Shown in pieces: positions 9,283 through 20,435 of a stretch of DNA of 64,000 nucleotides. The stretch spans positions 40,837-104,836 of the forward strand of contig JAIBBF010000003.1 of NCBI GenBank assembly GCA_019694795.1, read 5' to 3'. The position numbers and the translations under genes are program-made. The notes under the pieces were generated by a model that saw only the letters and a program-made list of their open reading frames with translations, had not been told where the DNA came from and did not search any database. Positions within the stretch are counted from its first letter, which is position 1; every line of letters starts with the position of its first letter. Origin of the DNA: Flavobacteriales bacterium. Lineage in GTDB: Bacteria; Bacteroidota; Bacteroidia; Flavobacteriales_D; UBA2798.

Positions 9283-9290
9283 GAAGTATT

Positions 9291-12200
9291 ATGAAACATT
9301 TGATTGAAGAATTACTCGAAAAACGAGTTTTGGTTATCGATGGTGCCATGGGGACCATGATTCAGCGTTATAAACTGGAGGAAGAAGATTTTCGCGGCGA
9401 TCGATTTAAAAACCACAGCCATTCCCTGAAGGGGAATAACGATTTATTAGCGCTTACCCGACCTGATATTTTAACAGCTATTCATCTGCAATACCTCGAA
9501 GCAGGTGCTGATATTATCGAAACCAATACCTTCTCCGGAACCAGTATTGCACAGGCTGATTATAAACTGGAATCTGCGGTTTATGATATCAATTTTCTTT
9601 CTGCTAAAGCTGCAGTAGCAGCCGTTGAAGCATTCTATCAGAAAAATCCGGAAGCAAAATTGAATCGCCCGCGTTTCGTTGCCGGGGCAATGGGACCCAC
9701 CAACCGCACCGCTTCTTTATCTCCGGACGTAAATGATCCGGGATTCCGAGCCATTACATTTGATCAGTTGGTAGAAGCTTATGCCGAACAAGTAAAAGCA
9801 TTAATGGATGGAGGGGTTGATTTGTTGCTGGTGGAAACCGTGTTTGATACCCTTAACGCAAAGGCTGCTTTATTTGCTATTCAGAGCGTTTTTAAGCAAC
9901 TGAACAGGGAATTACCAATCATGGTGTCGGGAACAATTACGGATGCAAGCGGGAGAACTTTATCGGGACAAACGGTAGAGGCATTTTTGAATTCTGTTTC
10001 ACATGTGAAATTATTGAGCATCGGATTAAACTGTGCACTTGGAGCAAAGGATATGCGTCCCTACCTCGAAGAACTCTCCGAAAAATCTCCTTTTTATATT
10101 TCATCCTATCCTAATGCAGGATTACCCAATCAATTTGGTGAATACGATGAAACACCTCATGAAATGGCCTGTACCATTCATGACTTTTTAGATGCTGGAT
10201 TTGTAAATATTGTTGGCGGTTGTTGCGGTACAACACCGGACCACATCGCTCATATTGCAAAACATGCTGAAAAGGCTGTGCCCAGAAAGCGACCACGTAT
10301 CCAACCCTATTTGCGCTTAAGCGGACTGGAGGCATTAACGCTTCGTCCCGAAAGCAATTTTATGAATGTTGGAGAACGCACCAATGTAACCGGATCGCGA
10401 AAATTTGCGCGACTGATTATTGAAGGTAATTATGATGAAGCACTTTCTATTGCACGTGATCAGGTAGAAGGAGGAGCACAAGTGATTGATGTCAACATGG
10501 ACGAAGGCATGCTTGATGCAGTAGAAGCCATGACGAAATTCCTTCATCTGGTGGCTTCTGAACCGGATATCGCTAAAGTTCCGGTAATGATCGACTCCTC
10601 TAAATTTCATGTTATAGAGGCAGGACTAAAATGCATCCAGGGCAAAGGCATTGTTAATTCCATTTCTTTAAAAGAAGGAGAAAAATCATTTATTGAACAT
10701 GCGGATCTGATTAAACAGTATGGTGCCGCTGTTATAGTAATGGCATTTGATGAGAAGGGACAGGCAGATACTTATGAACGCAGGATTGAAATTTGTAAAC
10801 GTGCTTATGATATTCTCACGAAGGTGGTACATTTCCCGGCGCAGGATATCATTTTCGATCCAAATATTTTTCCGGTGGCAACAGGAATGGAAGAGCACCG
10901 AAAAAATGCGCTTGATTTTTTTAATGCAACGAAGTGGATTAAAGAAAACCTTCCATTAGCGAAAGTAAGTGGTGGAGTAAGTAATGTTTCCTTTTCCTTC
11001 CGCGGAAACGATGTTGTGCGTGAGGCGATTCATTCAGCATTTCTTTTTCACGCCGTGAAAGCAGGAATGGATATGGGGATTGTAAATCCTTCGCAACTTC
11101 AGGTGTATGATGATATTCCAAAGGAATTACTCCAATTGGTTGAAGATGTTTTGCTGGATCGCAACGACGATGCAACTGAAAAATTAATTGCCTATGCGGA
11201 ACAATTAAAAGGAACTAAAAATGCTACTAAAGAAAAAGATGAGGAATGGCGCAAAGGAAGTGTGGAAGAACGCTTGTCGCATGCATTAGTTAAAGGGATT
11301 GTAGAGCATATTGACGAAGACACTGAAGAAGCGCGATTAAAGTACGGCGAGCCTCTAAAAGTGATTGAAGGTCCACTCATGGATGGAATGAATGTTGTGG
11401 GAGATTTGTTCGGTGCAGGAAAGATGTTTTTGCCTCAGGTGGTAAAAAGTGCCCGCGTTATGAAAAAGGCTGTCGCTTATTTGCAACCTTATATTGAAGC
11501 AGAAAAAAATGCGAATTCCAAAGCGGCCGGAAAAATTTTATTAGCTACAGTGAAAGGAGATGTACACGATATTGGGAAAAATATTGTTGGTGTAGTGCTT
11601 GGATGTAATAATTACGAAGTCATAGATATGGGTGTGATGGTTCCGGCTGAGAAAATTCTGGAAACCGCCCGTAAAGAAAATGTGGATGTAATTGGATTGT
11701 CAGGATTAATTACACCTTCGCTTGACGAAATGGTGCACGTAGCAAAAGAAATGCAGCGGGAAGGATTTACCATTCCCTTGCTGATCGGAGGAGCTACCAC
11801 ATCAAAAGTTCACACCGCGGTGAAGATAGAAGGGGCATATCCTGCAGGACAAACCGTTCATGTGCTGGATGCGTCACGTTCTGTACCCGTTGTAGGAAGT
11901 TTGCTAGGTGCCGGCAAAGGAGCGTTTGTTGATCAGATAAAATCTGAATATCAAAAATTAAGAGAACATCATGAAAAACACCGTGGTTCCAAAACGTATC
12001 TGAGTTTGGAAGACGCAAGGAAAAATAAATTTTCAATTGATTGGAACGCGTTTACTCCTGCATCACCTAAGAATTTAGGTGTTCAGAAATTTTCTTCCGT
12101 TTCGCTGGAGAAACTGGTTCCTTATATCGACTGGACTCCGTTCTTTCAAACCTGGGAATTGGCCGGACGTTATCCAAAAATTCTAGAAGATGAGGTTGTA

Positions 12201-12974
12201 GGCGCAGAAGCAAAACGATTGTTTGATGATGCTCAAAAAATGCTTCAGCGGATTATTTCCGAACAATGGATTTCTGCTAATGCTGTTATTGGAATCTGGC
12301 CGGCAAACAGCAACGGAAAAGAAGATATTGAAATTTATTCCAACGAAGACAGGAATGAACTTCTTGCCAATAGTCATCAGCTACGTCAGCAGTTAAAGAA
12401 AGCCGATGGAGCGAACAATATGTGTCTTGCCGACTTCATTGCGCCGAAGTCCTCAGGAAAAAAAGATTACATCGGTGGATTTGTCGTTACGGCCGGATTG
12501 GGGATTGAGAAATGGATTGAGAAGTTTGAAAAAGATCATGATGATTATTCAAGCATATTATTAAAGGCGTTGGCGGATCGCTTTGCTGAAGCCTTGGCTG
12601 AGTATATGCATGAAAAGGTGCGGAAGGAAATTTGGGCTTATTCAACTTCCGAAAATCTCGCGAACGAAGATTTAATCAACGAAAACTATCAGGGCATTCG
12701 TCCTGCACCGGGATATCCTGCTTGTCCGGACCATACCGAGAAGAAAACGCTTTTCCGCTTATTGGATGCAGAAAAAAACAGTGGGGTAGAACTCACAGAA
12801 TCGCTGGCGATGTATCCTGCTGCTTCGGTAAGCGGATGGTATTTTGCTCATCCGGATTCGAAGTATTTTGGAATTGGTCAAATACAAAAGGACCAGGCTG
12901 AGGATCTCGCTATGCGTAAGGCAGAAGATCTAAGCATGATTGAACGTTGGTTGAGTCCTGTATTGGGATATTGA
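9291..12974 (+). CDS. metH: Cobalamin-dependent methionine synthase
   Basis: 1227 aa covering all modules: the Hcy-binding N-terminus, the pterin-binding region, the B12-binding [10 protein letters not shown] (DxHxxG) and [10 protein letters not shown] motifs, and the C-terminal AdoMet reactivation domain. Confidence 0.97.
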   Translation: MKHLIEELLEKRVLVIDGAMGTMIQRYKLEEEDFRGDRFKNHSHSLKGNNDLLALTRPDILTAIHLQYLEAGADIIETNTFSGTSIAQADYKLESAVYDINFLSAKAAVAAVEAFYQKNPEAKLNRPRFVAGAMGPTNRTASLSPDVNDPGFRAITFDQLVEAYAEQVKALMDGGVDLLLVETVFDTLNAKAALFAIQSVFKQLNRELPIMVSGTITDASGRTLSGQTVEAFLNSVSHVKLLSIGLNCALGAKDMRPYLEELSEKSPFYISSYPNAGLPNQFGEYDETPHEMACTIHDFLDAGFVNIVGGCCGTTPDHIAHIAKHAEKAVPRKRPRIQPYLRLSGLEALTLRPESNFMNVGERTNVTGSRKFARLIIEGNYDEALSIARDQVEGGAQVIDVNMDEGMLDAVEAMTKFLHLVASEPDIAKVPVMIDSSKFHVIEAGLKCIQGKGIVNSISLKEGEKSFIEHADLIKQYGAAVIVMAFDEKGQADTYERRIEICKRAYDILTKVVHFPAQDIIFDPNIFPVATGMEEHRKNALDFFNATKWIKENLPLAKVSGGVSNVSFSFRGNDVVREAIHSAFLFHAVKAGMDMGIVNPSQLQVYDDIPKELLQLVEDVLLDRNDDATEKLIAYAEQLKGTKNATKEKDEEWRKGSVEERLSHALVKGIVEHIDEDTEEARLKYGEPLKVIEGPLMDGMNVVGDLFGAGKMFLPQVVKSARVMKKAVAYLQPYIEAEKNANSKAAGKILLATVKGDVHDIGKNIVGVVLGCNNYEVIDMGVMVPAEKILETARKENVDVIGLSGLITPSLDEMVHVAKEMQREGFTIPLLIGGATTSKVHTAVKIEGAYPAGQTVHVLDASRSVPVVGSLLGAGKGAFVDQIKSEYQKLREHHEKHRGSKTYLSLEDARKNKFSIDWNAFTPASPKNLGVQKFSSVSLEKLVPYIDWTPFFQTWELAGRYPKILEDEVVGAEAKRLFDDAQKMLQRIISEQWISANAVIGIWPANSNGKEDIEIYSNEDRNELLANSHQLRQQLKKADGANNMCLADFIAPKSSGKKDYIGGFVVTAGLGIEKWIEKFEKDHDDYSSILLKALADRFAEALAEYMHEKVRKEIWAYSTSENLANEDLINENYQGIRPAPGYPACPDHTEKKTLFRLLDAEKNSGVELTESLAMYPAASVSGWYFAHPDSKYFGIGQIQKDQAEDLAMRKAEDLSMIERWLSPVLGY

Positions 12975-13026
12975 TTTCTTAACCGGAGTTTAGAATAGTA
13001 ACAGCAGTTTTTTATTTATTTGCTGT

Positions 13027-14394
13027 ATGATATATTCATTTTTAAAGTTGTTGTTCCGCATTACGGTAAAAGCTTTTTTTAAGCACCAGGAAACAATCAA
13101 CATCGAACATATTCCGGTAAAGGGTCCGGTGATATTGGTTGCCAATCACCCCAGTACATTTATGGACCCCATCATCATTGCTACTAAGGTTCCTCGTGAG
13201 GTTTCTTTTATTGCGAAATCAACGGCTTTTAAATCGAAATTTACCTCCTGGATTTTGCCCAAATTCAACATGATTCCGGTATTCAGAGCTCAGGATGATC
13301 CTTCTCAAATGCACAAAAACCAACAAACCTTCGAAAAGGTCTTTCAATTATTGGAACGAAATGGTTGCATATTGATTTTCCCTGAAGGAATTAGTCTTAC
13401 TGAACGTAAATTAAAAGAAATAAAAACCGGTGCCGCTCGAATGGCCCTGGGTGCTGAGGCCAGAAATAATTTTTCGTTGGGCGTGAAAATATTACCAATT
13501 GGGTTGACCTATTCCGATCAGCATAGTTTTCAAAGTGATCTTTTAGTTCGCATTGGTGAACCCATCGAATTAATTAACTATAAAGATAGTTATAACACCG
13601 ATCCTCTTGCAGCAGGTAAACAGATTACCGAAGAAATCCGGGTTCGACTTGAAAAATTAACCATAGATATTCAGGACGAGGAAGTAGACCTATTTGTAAA
13701 AGATGTAGAAACCGTTTACAAATCTCAATTAATCCGCGACATGGGATTTTCAAAGGAAATTCCAGAGCATGATTATATCGTGACAAAATTGATTTATAAG
13801 CGCATTCATTATTATTTGGAAACCGATCCTGACCGCGTTAGCAAAGTCAGACAGTACATGGATAATTACAAGCGATTATTGAATAAACTCAATTTGGAAG
13901 ATCATATTATCCGGGGTAAACGAAGAAGATCTTCTGCTATTCTTAATTTCATTGGTCTATTTCTTTATTTTTTGATTGGATTTCCCTTGTTTGTTTTCGG
14001 CACCTTTAATAATTACATCCCCTATAAATTACCTTACCGGATTGCGATATGGTCGAAAGTGGAAGCTCAATATATTGGTGCAATTATGATGGTGAGCGGA
14101 ACATTTGTTTTTCTTATTTTTTACCTGCTCCAGATTTATCTGGTTCAATGGTGGATTTCCGATTGGAGGGTAACTGCCGTGTACACATTGGTATTGCCAT
14201 TAAGCGGATTGTTTGCCTATAATTACTGGAAAGCATTTACCCAACTGCGAAGAAAATGGCATTTCATTTCTTTATTTATGAAAAAGAAAGAACTGGTAAG
14301 TCAATTGATTACCATGCGTACGCAGATTATGGATGAACTGGAAAAGGGCAGGAAGGAATACGATAAAGCACATCCGGTAGCCCCAGTTCAATAA
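13027..14394 (+). CDS. Lysophospholipid (1-acyl-sn-glycerol-3-phosphate) acyltransferase family protein with C-terminal membrane domain
   Basis: NHPSTFMD (HX4D) and FPEGISL motifs in the N-terminal half. The C-terminal ~150 aa contains 3-4 TM helices. Confidence 0.75.
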   Translation: MIYSFLKLLFRITVKAFFKHQETINIEHIPVKGPVILVANHPSTFMDPIIIATKVPREVSFIAKSTAFKSKFTSWILPKFNMIPVFRAQDDPSQMHKNQQTFEKVFQLLERNGCILIFPEGISLTERKLKEIKTGAARMALGAEARNNFSLGVKILPIGLTYSDQHSFQSDLLVRIGEPIELINYKDSYNTDPLAAGKQITEEIRVRLEKLTIDIQDEEVDLFVKDVETVYKSQLIRDMGFSKEIPEHDYIVTKLIYKRIHYYLETDPDRVSKVRQYMDNYKRLLNKLNLEDHIIRGKRRRSSAILNFIGLFLYFLIGFPLFVFGTFNNYIPYKLPYRIAIWSKVEAQYIGAIMMVSGTFVFLIFYLLQIYLVQWWISDWRVTAVYTLVLPLSGLFAYNYWKAFTQLRRKWHFISLFMKKKELVSQLITMRTQIMDELEKGRKEYDKAHPVAPVQ

Positions 14395-14418
14395 CCGTTC
14401 CCTCAATTTTAAGAGACT

Positions 14419-14454
14419 TTAGTTGTATAACTAAGAATTTAGTTATATAATTGA
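14419..14454. promoter_or_regulatory. Operator-like array of alternating TTAGTT/AACTAA hexamers at 10-bp phasing
   Basis: TTAGTT(14419-24) gtat AACTAA(14429-34) gaat TTAGTT(14439-44) atat AAttga(14449-54). It ends 3 nt before the ATG of the BlaI-like gene. Confidence 0.55.
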
Positions 14455-14457
14455 TTC

Positions 14458-14871
14458 ATGAAAAAGCATAAGGAACTTACCAAAGCAGAAGAGGAAGTAA
14501 TGCTTGCTCTCTGGAAAATTGAATCGGGTTATATTAAGGATATTCTGGAACAATTTCCTAATCCAAAACCTGCATATAATACTATTTCTACTATTGTCCG
14601 GATTCTGGAAACAAAAGGCTTTATCAAGCACAAGGCTCAGGGTAAAACCCACCAGTATTTTCCTGCGATAAAAAAAGAAGATTATACCCGCAATTACATG
14701 CAGGGAATTATGAAGGGTTATTTTGGTAATTCCTTTAAAAACCTGGTTTCATTTTTTGTTTCTAACGGGGAGTTGTCCATGGGAGATGTCAATGATCTTC
14801 TAAAGGATATTAAAAAAGAACGGAAAGAGGAAAAGAAAGAAAAGAAGGAAAAGAAGAAGAAGAAGAAGTAA
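14458..14871 (+). CDS. BlaI/MecI/CopY family transcriptional repressor with Lys/Glu-rich tail
   Basis: N-terminal winged-helix region (LTKAEEEVMLALW ... YNTISTIVRILETKGFI). The C-terminus is KKERKEEKKEKKEKKKKKK. Confidence 0.8.
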   Translation: MKKHKELTKAEEEVMLALWKIESGYIKDILEQFPNPKPAYNTISTIVRILETKGFIKHKAQGKTHQYFPAIKKEDYTRNYMQGIMKGYFGNSFKNLVSFFVSNGELSMGDVNDLLKDIKKERKEEKKEKKEKKKKKK

Positions 14872-14883
14872 TACTGATTATTT

Positions 14884-16089
14884 ATGGTGACCAATGAATT
14901 TCTGACAAAGATATTTCTTTGTCAGCTAGCCCTCTTATTGCCCTATTTTTTGTTATTGGGATCCGCCAATTTTGGTTTCCGACGTTTTTGGTTGCTTTTT
15001 TCAGTACCCTTTTCTATGTTAATTGTAGGATTGGAACATGTAATTCCTATGGCTACAACAGAAGAGATGGAGTATGTTGTTTGGCTTAATCCGGTAGAGA
15101 TTGGTTCAGAAATAAGTCATTCACTTTCCTTTGATTTTGTGCAGATTTATTTCATTGGATTAACTGTTTTTTCGCTGATTTTTTTGTTGCGTTTAGCTCG
15201 ATTATTTCTGGAAATCAGAAAGGCGCTGGAAGTAAAACCCGAATCACAAAATTTATTTGTCTTACCAGAAGCGAAAGGTAGTTTTACTTTTTTCGGTAGA
15301 ATATTTTTATCGCTGGAGGATGTTAGCGATGAAATGGTTATTCAGCATGAAAACGAGCATAGAAAACAAAGACACAGCGCCGATTTAATTATCTACGAAA
15401 TCTACGCCTGTTTATTTTGGTTTAATCCTCTGATTTGGATAGGCAGAGTCGAATTGAAAAAGGTGCACGAATATTTAGTGGATCAACAAATGTGCAATCA
15501 GTTTTCTGTGGCTGATTATAAACAGCGCCTTTTAGAAAAAGCATTGTATGATGGCAATAACGTTTTTTTAAAAAATACATTTAATTCAAATCAATTAAAA
15601 AACAGATTTAAAATGATGAACACGAAGAAAAATTTTATTGGACGGATTAAGGTTTTTTCTGTCCTTTTCATTGCAGGTTTTACCATGATGTCCTTTACGC
15701 TGAATCAAAATTCATTGAGCATCTGGGAAAATAATCTGGAATCATTCACTGAAATTGCAGGTCAAAAAGAAAAGGTGTACGACGCTCCTGAAAAGATGGC
15801 TGAATTTATCGGAGGAATGGATGGATTAATGAAATACCTGCAGTCCAACATGGTTTATCCTTCATCCGCAAAGGAAAAAGGGATACAGGGTAAAGTTCAT
15901 GTTTCATTTGTGGTTAGTTCTAAAGGAAAAGTTAAGGATGTAAAAATTTTGCGTGGTGTAGAATCCAGTTTAGATAATGAGGCCATGCGGGTTGTATCTG
16001 CAATGCCAAGTTGGACACCCGCCGAAAATGAAGGGAAAAAAGTAGCCTGCCGGATGGTACTTCCCATCAATTTTAAGTTGCAGGATTAA
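14884..16089 (+). CDS. M56 (BlaR1-like) metallopeptidase fused to a TonB C-terminal domain
   Basis: Four N-terminal TM segments and an HENEH (HExxH) site. The C-terminal ~90 aa (PEKMAEFIGG...GIQGKVHVSFVV...MPSWTPA...PINFKL) matches the TonB_C fold pattern. Confidence 0.8.
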   Translation: MVTNEFLTKIFLCQLALLLPYFLLLGSANFGFRRFWLLFSVPFSMLIVGLEHVIPMATTEEMEYVVWLNPVEIGSEISHSLSFDFVQIYFIGLTVFSLIFLLRLARLFLEIRKALEVKPESQNLFVLPEAKGSFTFFGRIFLSLEDVSDEMVIQHENEHRKQRHSADLIIYEIYACLFWFNPLIWIGRVELKKVHEYLVDQQMCNQFSVADYKQRLLEKALYDGNNVFLKNTFNSNQLKNRFKMMNTKKNFIGRIKVFSVLFIAGFTMMSFTLNQNSLSIWENNLESFTEIAGQKEKVYDAPEKMAEFIGGMDGLMKYLQSNMVYPSSAKEKGIQGKVHVSFVVSSKGKVKDVKILRGVESSLDNEAMRVVSAMPSWTPAENEGKKVACRMVLPINFKLQD

Positions 16090-16110
16090 CACAGGTTTCA
16101 ACTTACTTAT

Positions 16111-16141
16111 GGGGAGGCATGGGAGTGCTTCCCCTTTTTTT
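16111..16141 (+). terminator. Intrinsic terminator
   Basis: 9-bp stem ggggaggca/tgcttcccc with one G-U pair and a 6-nt loop, followed by T7. Confidence 0.7.
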
Positions 16142-16260
16142 GTCATTTGTATAGTTTCAAAGTATTGATTATCAATGTTTTGATTTAAAATACTTATTCC
16201 TTATTCTCAATGGGAAAGTCTCGAAAAACATTAACTTTGCTTCCCTATATTTTGAGAGAC

Positions 16261-19017
16261 ATGGATAATTATTCCTACCTGAGCAATGCGCACCCTGATG
16301 CGATTGAGGATTTGTACAATCAGTACCTGAAAAATCCGGATTCACTGGAACACGGATGGAAAAAATTCTTTGAAGGGTTTGAATTTGCAAGAACAAATTT
16401 TGAAGACTCTGGTGTGTTACCTGAGAATGTTACTGCAGAAATTAAAGTGATGAATTTAATTCACGCTTATCGTCAGCGTGGACATTTATTCACGAAAACA
16501 AATCCTGTACGTGAGCGTAGAAAATATACACCAACGCTTGATATTGAAAATTTTGGTTTAACTGAAAAAGATCTTGATAAAGTTTTTCAGGCCGGTTCAC
16601 AAATAGGAATTGGTGCAGCCACATTGCGTGATATTGTTGCGCATTTAAATCAAACTTATTGCGGAAGTATAGGCGTGGAATATCTCTATATGCGTTCGCC
16701 GGAAGTAGTGGAATGGCTACGCGAAAAAATGGAAGGCTCCAAAAACACTCCAAAATATTCGGTAGAAGAGAAAAAAACAATTCTGAATAAATTAAATCAG
16801 GCTGTTGTTTTCGAAAATTTTCTTGCAACAAAATTTGTAGGACAAAAACGATTTTCACTTGAAGGTGGTGAATCCTTGATTCCTGCTTTGGATATGTTGG
16901 TGGAGTCGGGTTCTACATTGGGAATAAAGGATTTTGTGTTGGGGATGGCACACCGTGGTCGCTTAAATGTTTTGGCCAACATCTTAAATAAAACGTACAA
17001 GGATATTTTTACTGAATTCGAAGGAAGATTATCGGAAGATTCTTTGTTTGATGGTGATGTAAAATACCATTTGGGTTATTCTTCGGATCAACTGACAAAC
17101 AAGGGAGAAAAAGTTCATATTTCTCTTACGCCTAATCCTTCTCACCTCGAAACAGTAGATGCTGTTGTTGAAGGAATCACCCGAGCTAAAATGGATAACA
17201 TTCACACAGGTGATGAAAATAAAGTTTGTCCGATTCTGATTCACGGTGATGCAGCCGTTGCTGGTCAGGGTATCGTTTATGAAGTGATTCAGATGTCGCA
17301 GCTGGATGGTTATCGTGTTGGCGGTACACTTCACCTGGTGGTGAATAATCAGGTTGGTTTTACCACCAACTATCTTGATGCGCGTTCCTCTACCTATTGT
17401 ACCGATGTTGCAAAAGTGACCCTCTCTCCGGTGTTTCACGTAAATGGTGATGATGTAGAAGCAGTGGTTTTTGTTGCAAAGCTCGCTATGGAGTTCCGTC
17501 AAAAATTCCATCGCGATGTGTTTATCGATATTCTCTGCTATAGAAAATACGGACATAACGAAGGTGATGAACCACGTTTTACTCAGCCGATTCTTTACAA
17601 GGCTATTCAGAAACATGCAAATCCACGCGAGATTTACGTTAAGAAATTGATTGAAGAAGGATCGATGTCGACCGATATGGCGAAGGACATGGAGAAGAAA
17701 TTCAAGGATTTGCTCGAGTCGATGTTAAGTGAAGCAAAACAAACTGAGAAAGCAAAAATCACTTCATTCCTGGAAGGATATTGGAACGGAATAAAAATGG
17801 CCGCCCCCAATGCCTTTGATGAATCTCCCAATACAGCCATTGATAAGAAAACGTTCCTCGATATTGCCAATAAAATCGTTACGCTTCCATCAGATAAAAA
17901 ATTCTTCAATAAGATTGAAAAATTATTTGCCGATCGTAAAGCAATGATTGAAAATGATAATTACGATTGGGCGATGGGTGAATTAATGGCTTATGCTTCG
18001 CTTATGAATGAAGGACATCATGTTCGTTTTAGCGGACAAGATGTTGAGCGCGGAACTTTTTCTCATCGTCACGCAGTGGTAAAAGTGGAAGATTCCGAAG
18101 AGGAATACACGCCCTTAAATGCATTCGGAGCAAAAGGTGAATTACGCATTTTCAACTCGCACTTAAGTGAATATGGTGTATTAGGATTTGAATATGGATA
18201 TGCCATGGCATCTCCGAATGCATTAACCATTTGGGAAGCGCAATTCGGAGATTTCTTTAATGGAGCACAGATTATTGTTGACCAATACATTTCTTCGGCC
18301 GAATACAAATGGAGAAGAATGAATGGTATTGTGGTTCTCTTGCCACATGGTTATGAAGGACAAGGACCTGAGCACTCTTCTGCTCGTATGGAGCGTTTCC
18401 TACAGATGTGTGCCGAAAACAATATGCAAATTATTAACGCAACAACACCTGCAAATCAATTCCATGCTTTACGTCGACAGATAAAACGCGATTTCAGAAA
18501 GCCGATGATTTGCTTTACACCGAAGAAATTGCTTCGATATCCCGATTGCGTATCCAAATTGAAAGATTTCACCGAAGGAAAATTCCAGGAAGTCATTGAT
18601 GATCCAAGTGCAAAAGCAGCTTCAGTGAAAAAACTTGTTCTGTGTTCCGGTAAAATTTATTTTGAATTGAAGGAACGTCAGGCACAACTGGAAAATAATG
18701 ATGTCGCCTTTGTACGTATTGAACAACTTTATCCTTGGCCTGCAAAACAACTTGAAGCGATTTTATCGAAATATAAATCGGCTAAAGAAATTTGTTGGGT
18801 ACAGGAAGAAGCTGAAAATATGGGCGCGTATAATTTTGTTGCGAAAAAAATGCGCGATGTGAAGCTGACTTATATCGGAAGAAAAGAAAGTGCCAGTCCT
18901 GCTACCGGTTACGCCAAACTTCATCATGCACAGAGTGAAGAAATCATGGATAAAGTTTTTGGTGCTGTAAAGACCATGGACGATGCCAAAAGCAAAAAGA
19001 AAGAATCAGTTAAATAA
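16261..19017 (+). CDS. sucA: 2-oxoglutarate dehydrogenase E1 component
   Basis: Start chosen at ATG 16261 ([19 protein letters not shown], the typical SucA N-terminus). Full-length E1o similarity and followed by sucB. Confidence 0.95.
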   Translation: MDNYSYLSNAHPDAIEDLYNQYLKNPDSLEHGWKKFFEGFEFARTNFEDSGVLPENVTAEIKVMNLIHAYRQRGHLFTKTNPVRERRKYTPTLDIENFGLTEKDLDKVFQAGSQIGIGAATLRDIVAHLNQTYCGSIGVEYLYMRSPEVVEWLREKMEGSKNTPKYSVEEKKTILNKLNQAVVFENFLATKFVGQKRFSLEGGESLIPALDMLVESGSTLGIKDFVLGMAHRGRLNVLANILNKTYKDIFTEFEGRLSEDSLFDGDVKYHLGYSSDQLTNKGEKVHISLTPNPSHLETVDAVVEGITRAKMDNIHTGDENKVCPILIHGDAAVAGQGIVYEVIQMSQLDGYRVGGTLHLVVNNQVGFTTNYLDARSSTYCTDVAKVTLSPVFHVNGDDVEAVVFVAKLAMEFRQKFHRDVFIDILCYRKYGHNEGDEPRFTQPILYKAIQKHANPREIYVKKLIEEGSMSTDMAKDMEKKFKDLLESMLSEAKQTEKAKITSFLEGYWNGIKMAAPNAFDESPNTAIDKKTFLDIANKIVTLPSDKKFFNKIEKLFADRKAMIENDNYDWAMGELMAYASLMNEGHHVRFSGQDVERGTFSHRHAVVKVEDSEEEYTPLNAFGAKGELRIFNSHLSEYGVLGFEYGYAMASPNALTIWEAQFGDFFNGAQIIVDQYISSAEYKWRRMNGIVVLLPHGYEGQGPEHSSARMERFLQMCAENNMQIINATTPANQFHALRRQIKRDFRKPMICFTPKKLLRYPDCVSKLKDFTEGKFQEVIDDPSAKAASVKKLVLCSGKIYFELKERQAQLENNDVAFVRIEQLYPWPAKQLEAILSKYKSAKEICWVQEEAENMGAYNFVAKKMRDVKLTYIGRKESASPATGYAKLHHAQSEEIMDKVFGAVKTMDDAKSKKKESVK

Positions 19018-19046
19018 GAGTTTGTAAATATTTAAATACATCGATC

Positions 19047-20297
19047 ATGTCTGTTATTGAACACAAAGTACCCAGTCCGGGAGAATCCATTACAGAAGTT
19101 GTTATTGCCCGTTGGATTAAGGCGGATGGTGAATACGTAGAGAAAGATGATGAGCTTTGCGAAATTGATTCGGATAAGGCTACGCTTACCGTGAATGCTG
19201 AGGAATCCGGACAATTAAAAATAATGGCTGCAGAGGGCGATACCGTAAAGGTTGGACAAGTGATTTGTTCGGTTGACTCATCTGTGAAAGGTGAAGCGAA
19301 ACCCAAAACGGAAGCACCGAAAGCTGAAGAGAAAAAAGCAGAGACGTCAAAAAAATCTGAGCCTGTTCCGAATCCGCTTCCGGTTGCACAGGAGAAATCG
19401 TATGCATCGGGACATGCATCACCTGCTGCTAAAAAAATGATGGATGAAAAAAACATTTCATCCTCGCAACTTACCGGAAGTGGTCCTGGTGGTCGTATCA
19501 CTAAACAAGACGTTCAGGCTGCACTTACTGCAGGATTTAATTTTGACAAACCTGCTTTTGGTGGCACACGTGATCAGGAACGTAAAAAGATGACCACGCT
19601 TCGTAAGAAAATTGCTGAGCGCTTGGTAAGTGTAAAAAATGAAACGGCTATGTTGACCACTTTCAATGAGGTTGACATGAAGCCGGTGATGGATTTGCGT
19701 AAAAAGTACAAAGATAAATTCCAGGAAACTCATGGTATTGGATTAGGATTTATGTCTTTCTTTACAAAAGCGGTTACTATTGCACTACAACATTATCCAG
19801 CTGTAAATGCCTATATCGATGGCGATGAAATGGTGTTTAACAATTTCTGTGATGTGGGTATTGCAGTATCTACTCCAAAAGGTTTAATGGTTCCCATTTT
19901 AAGAAATGCAGAGATGATGAGTCTTGCTGATATTGAAAATGGAATTAAAAACCTTGCATTAAAAGCACGTGACGGTAAATTATCCATTGATGATATGACC
20001 GGCGGAACATTCACGATCACCAATGGTGGTGTGTTTGGTTCTATGTTATCTACTCCGATTATTAATCCTCCTCAATCTGCAATTTTAGGTATGCACAACA
20101 TCGTTGAGCGTCCTGTTGCCATTGAAGGAAGAGTGGAGATTCGTCCGATTATGTATGTTGCCTTGTCTTACGACCATCGTATTATTGATGGAAGAGAATC
20201 GGTTTCTTTCCTTGTAAAGGTAAAAGAAATGCTTGAAAATCCTTCCAAGATGTTATTCAATGGCAGAGATCCGCAGGAAGTTGTACTTGGTTTATAA
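19047..20297 (+). CDS. sucB: Dihydrolipoyllysine-residue succinyltransferase (E2o)
   Basis: Lipoyl domain ([11 protein letters not shown]), a Pro/Ala/Lys linker, the E3-binding segment, and the catalytic DHRIIDG motif. Confidence 0.95.
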   Translation: MSVIEHKVPSPGESITEVVIARWIKADGEYVEKDDELCEIDSDKATLTVNAEESGQLKIMAAEGDTVKVGQVICSVDSSVKGEAKPKTEAPKAEEKKAETSKKSEPVPNPLPVAQEKSYASGHASPAAKKMMDEKNISSSQLTGSGPGGRITKQDVQAALTAGFNFDKPAFGGTRDQERKKMTTLRKKIAERLVSVKNETAMLTTFNEVDMKPVMDLRKKYKDKFQETHGIGLGFMSFFTKAVTIALQHYPAVNAYIDGDEMVFNNFCDVGIAVSTPKGLMVPILRNAEMMSLADIENGIKNLALKARDGKLSIDDMTGGTFTITNGGVFGSMLSTPIINPPQSAILGMHNIVERPVAIEGRVEIRPIMYVALSYDHRIIDGRESVSFLVKVKEMLENPSKMLFNGRDPQEVVLGL

Positions 20298-20300
20298 ATC

Positions 20301-20316
20301 AACTAAGAATATAGTT
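20301..20316. repeat. Palindrome AACTAA-gaat-ATAGTT (one mismatch)
   Basis: Starts 3 nt after the sucB stop and ends 4 nt before the terminator stem. Confidence 0.7.
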
Positions 20317-20320
20317 AAAA

Positions 20321-20347
20321 GCCGCCCCGTTAGAGGCGGCTTTTTTT
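20321..20347 (+). terminator. Intrinsic terminator after sucB
   Basis: Stem gccgcc/ggcggc, extendable by flanking A/T pairs, with an 8-nt loop, followed by T7. Confidence 0.8.
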
Positions 20348-20435
20348 ATACATGATCCGCTCCGGAAAATGGCTCCTATCGGAGAAACGACAAATTCCGG
20401 TGATTTTAAACGTGCATCACAACTGGAGCAGGATC

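Noticed and set aside
9061-9290. A cobalamin riboswitch was expected upstream of the B12-dependent metH
   Set aside because: The conserved core (GGTGGAGGGACTG..CCC...GGCAACC...AAGGTGCCAATTCC with CTTATC/GATAAG P1 arms) is the SAM-I signature. No B12-box-like element is visible.
16210-16260. Upstream start for sucA (MGKSRKTLTLLPYILRD...)
   Set aside because: [19 protein letters not shown] at 16261 matches the usual SucA N-terminus. The extension runs into the terminator/promoter region.
17029-19501. Long antisense ORFs inside sucA (17029-17616, 195 aa) and sucB (19010-19501, 163 aa)
   Set aside because: They lie fully inside strongly supported, highly conserved genes on the other strand. Their products are low-complexity with no recognisable motifs.
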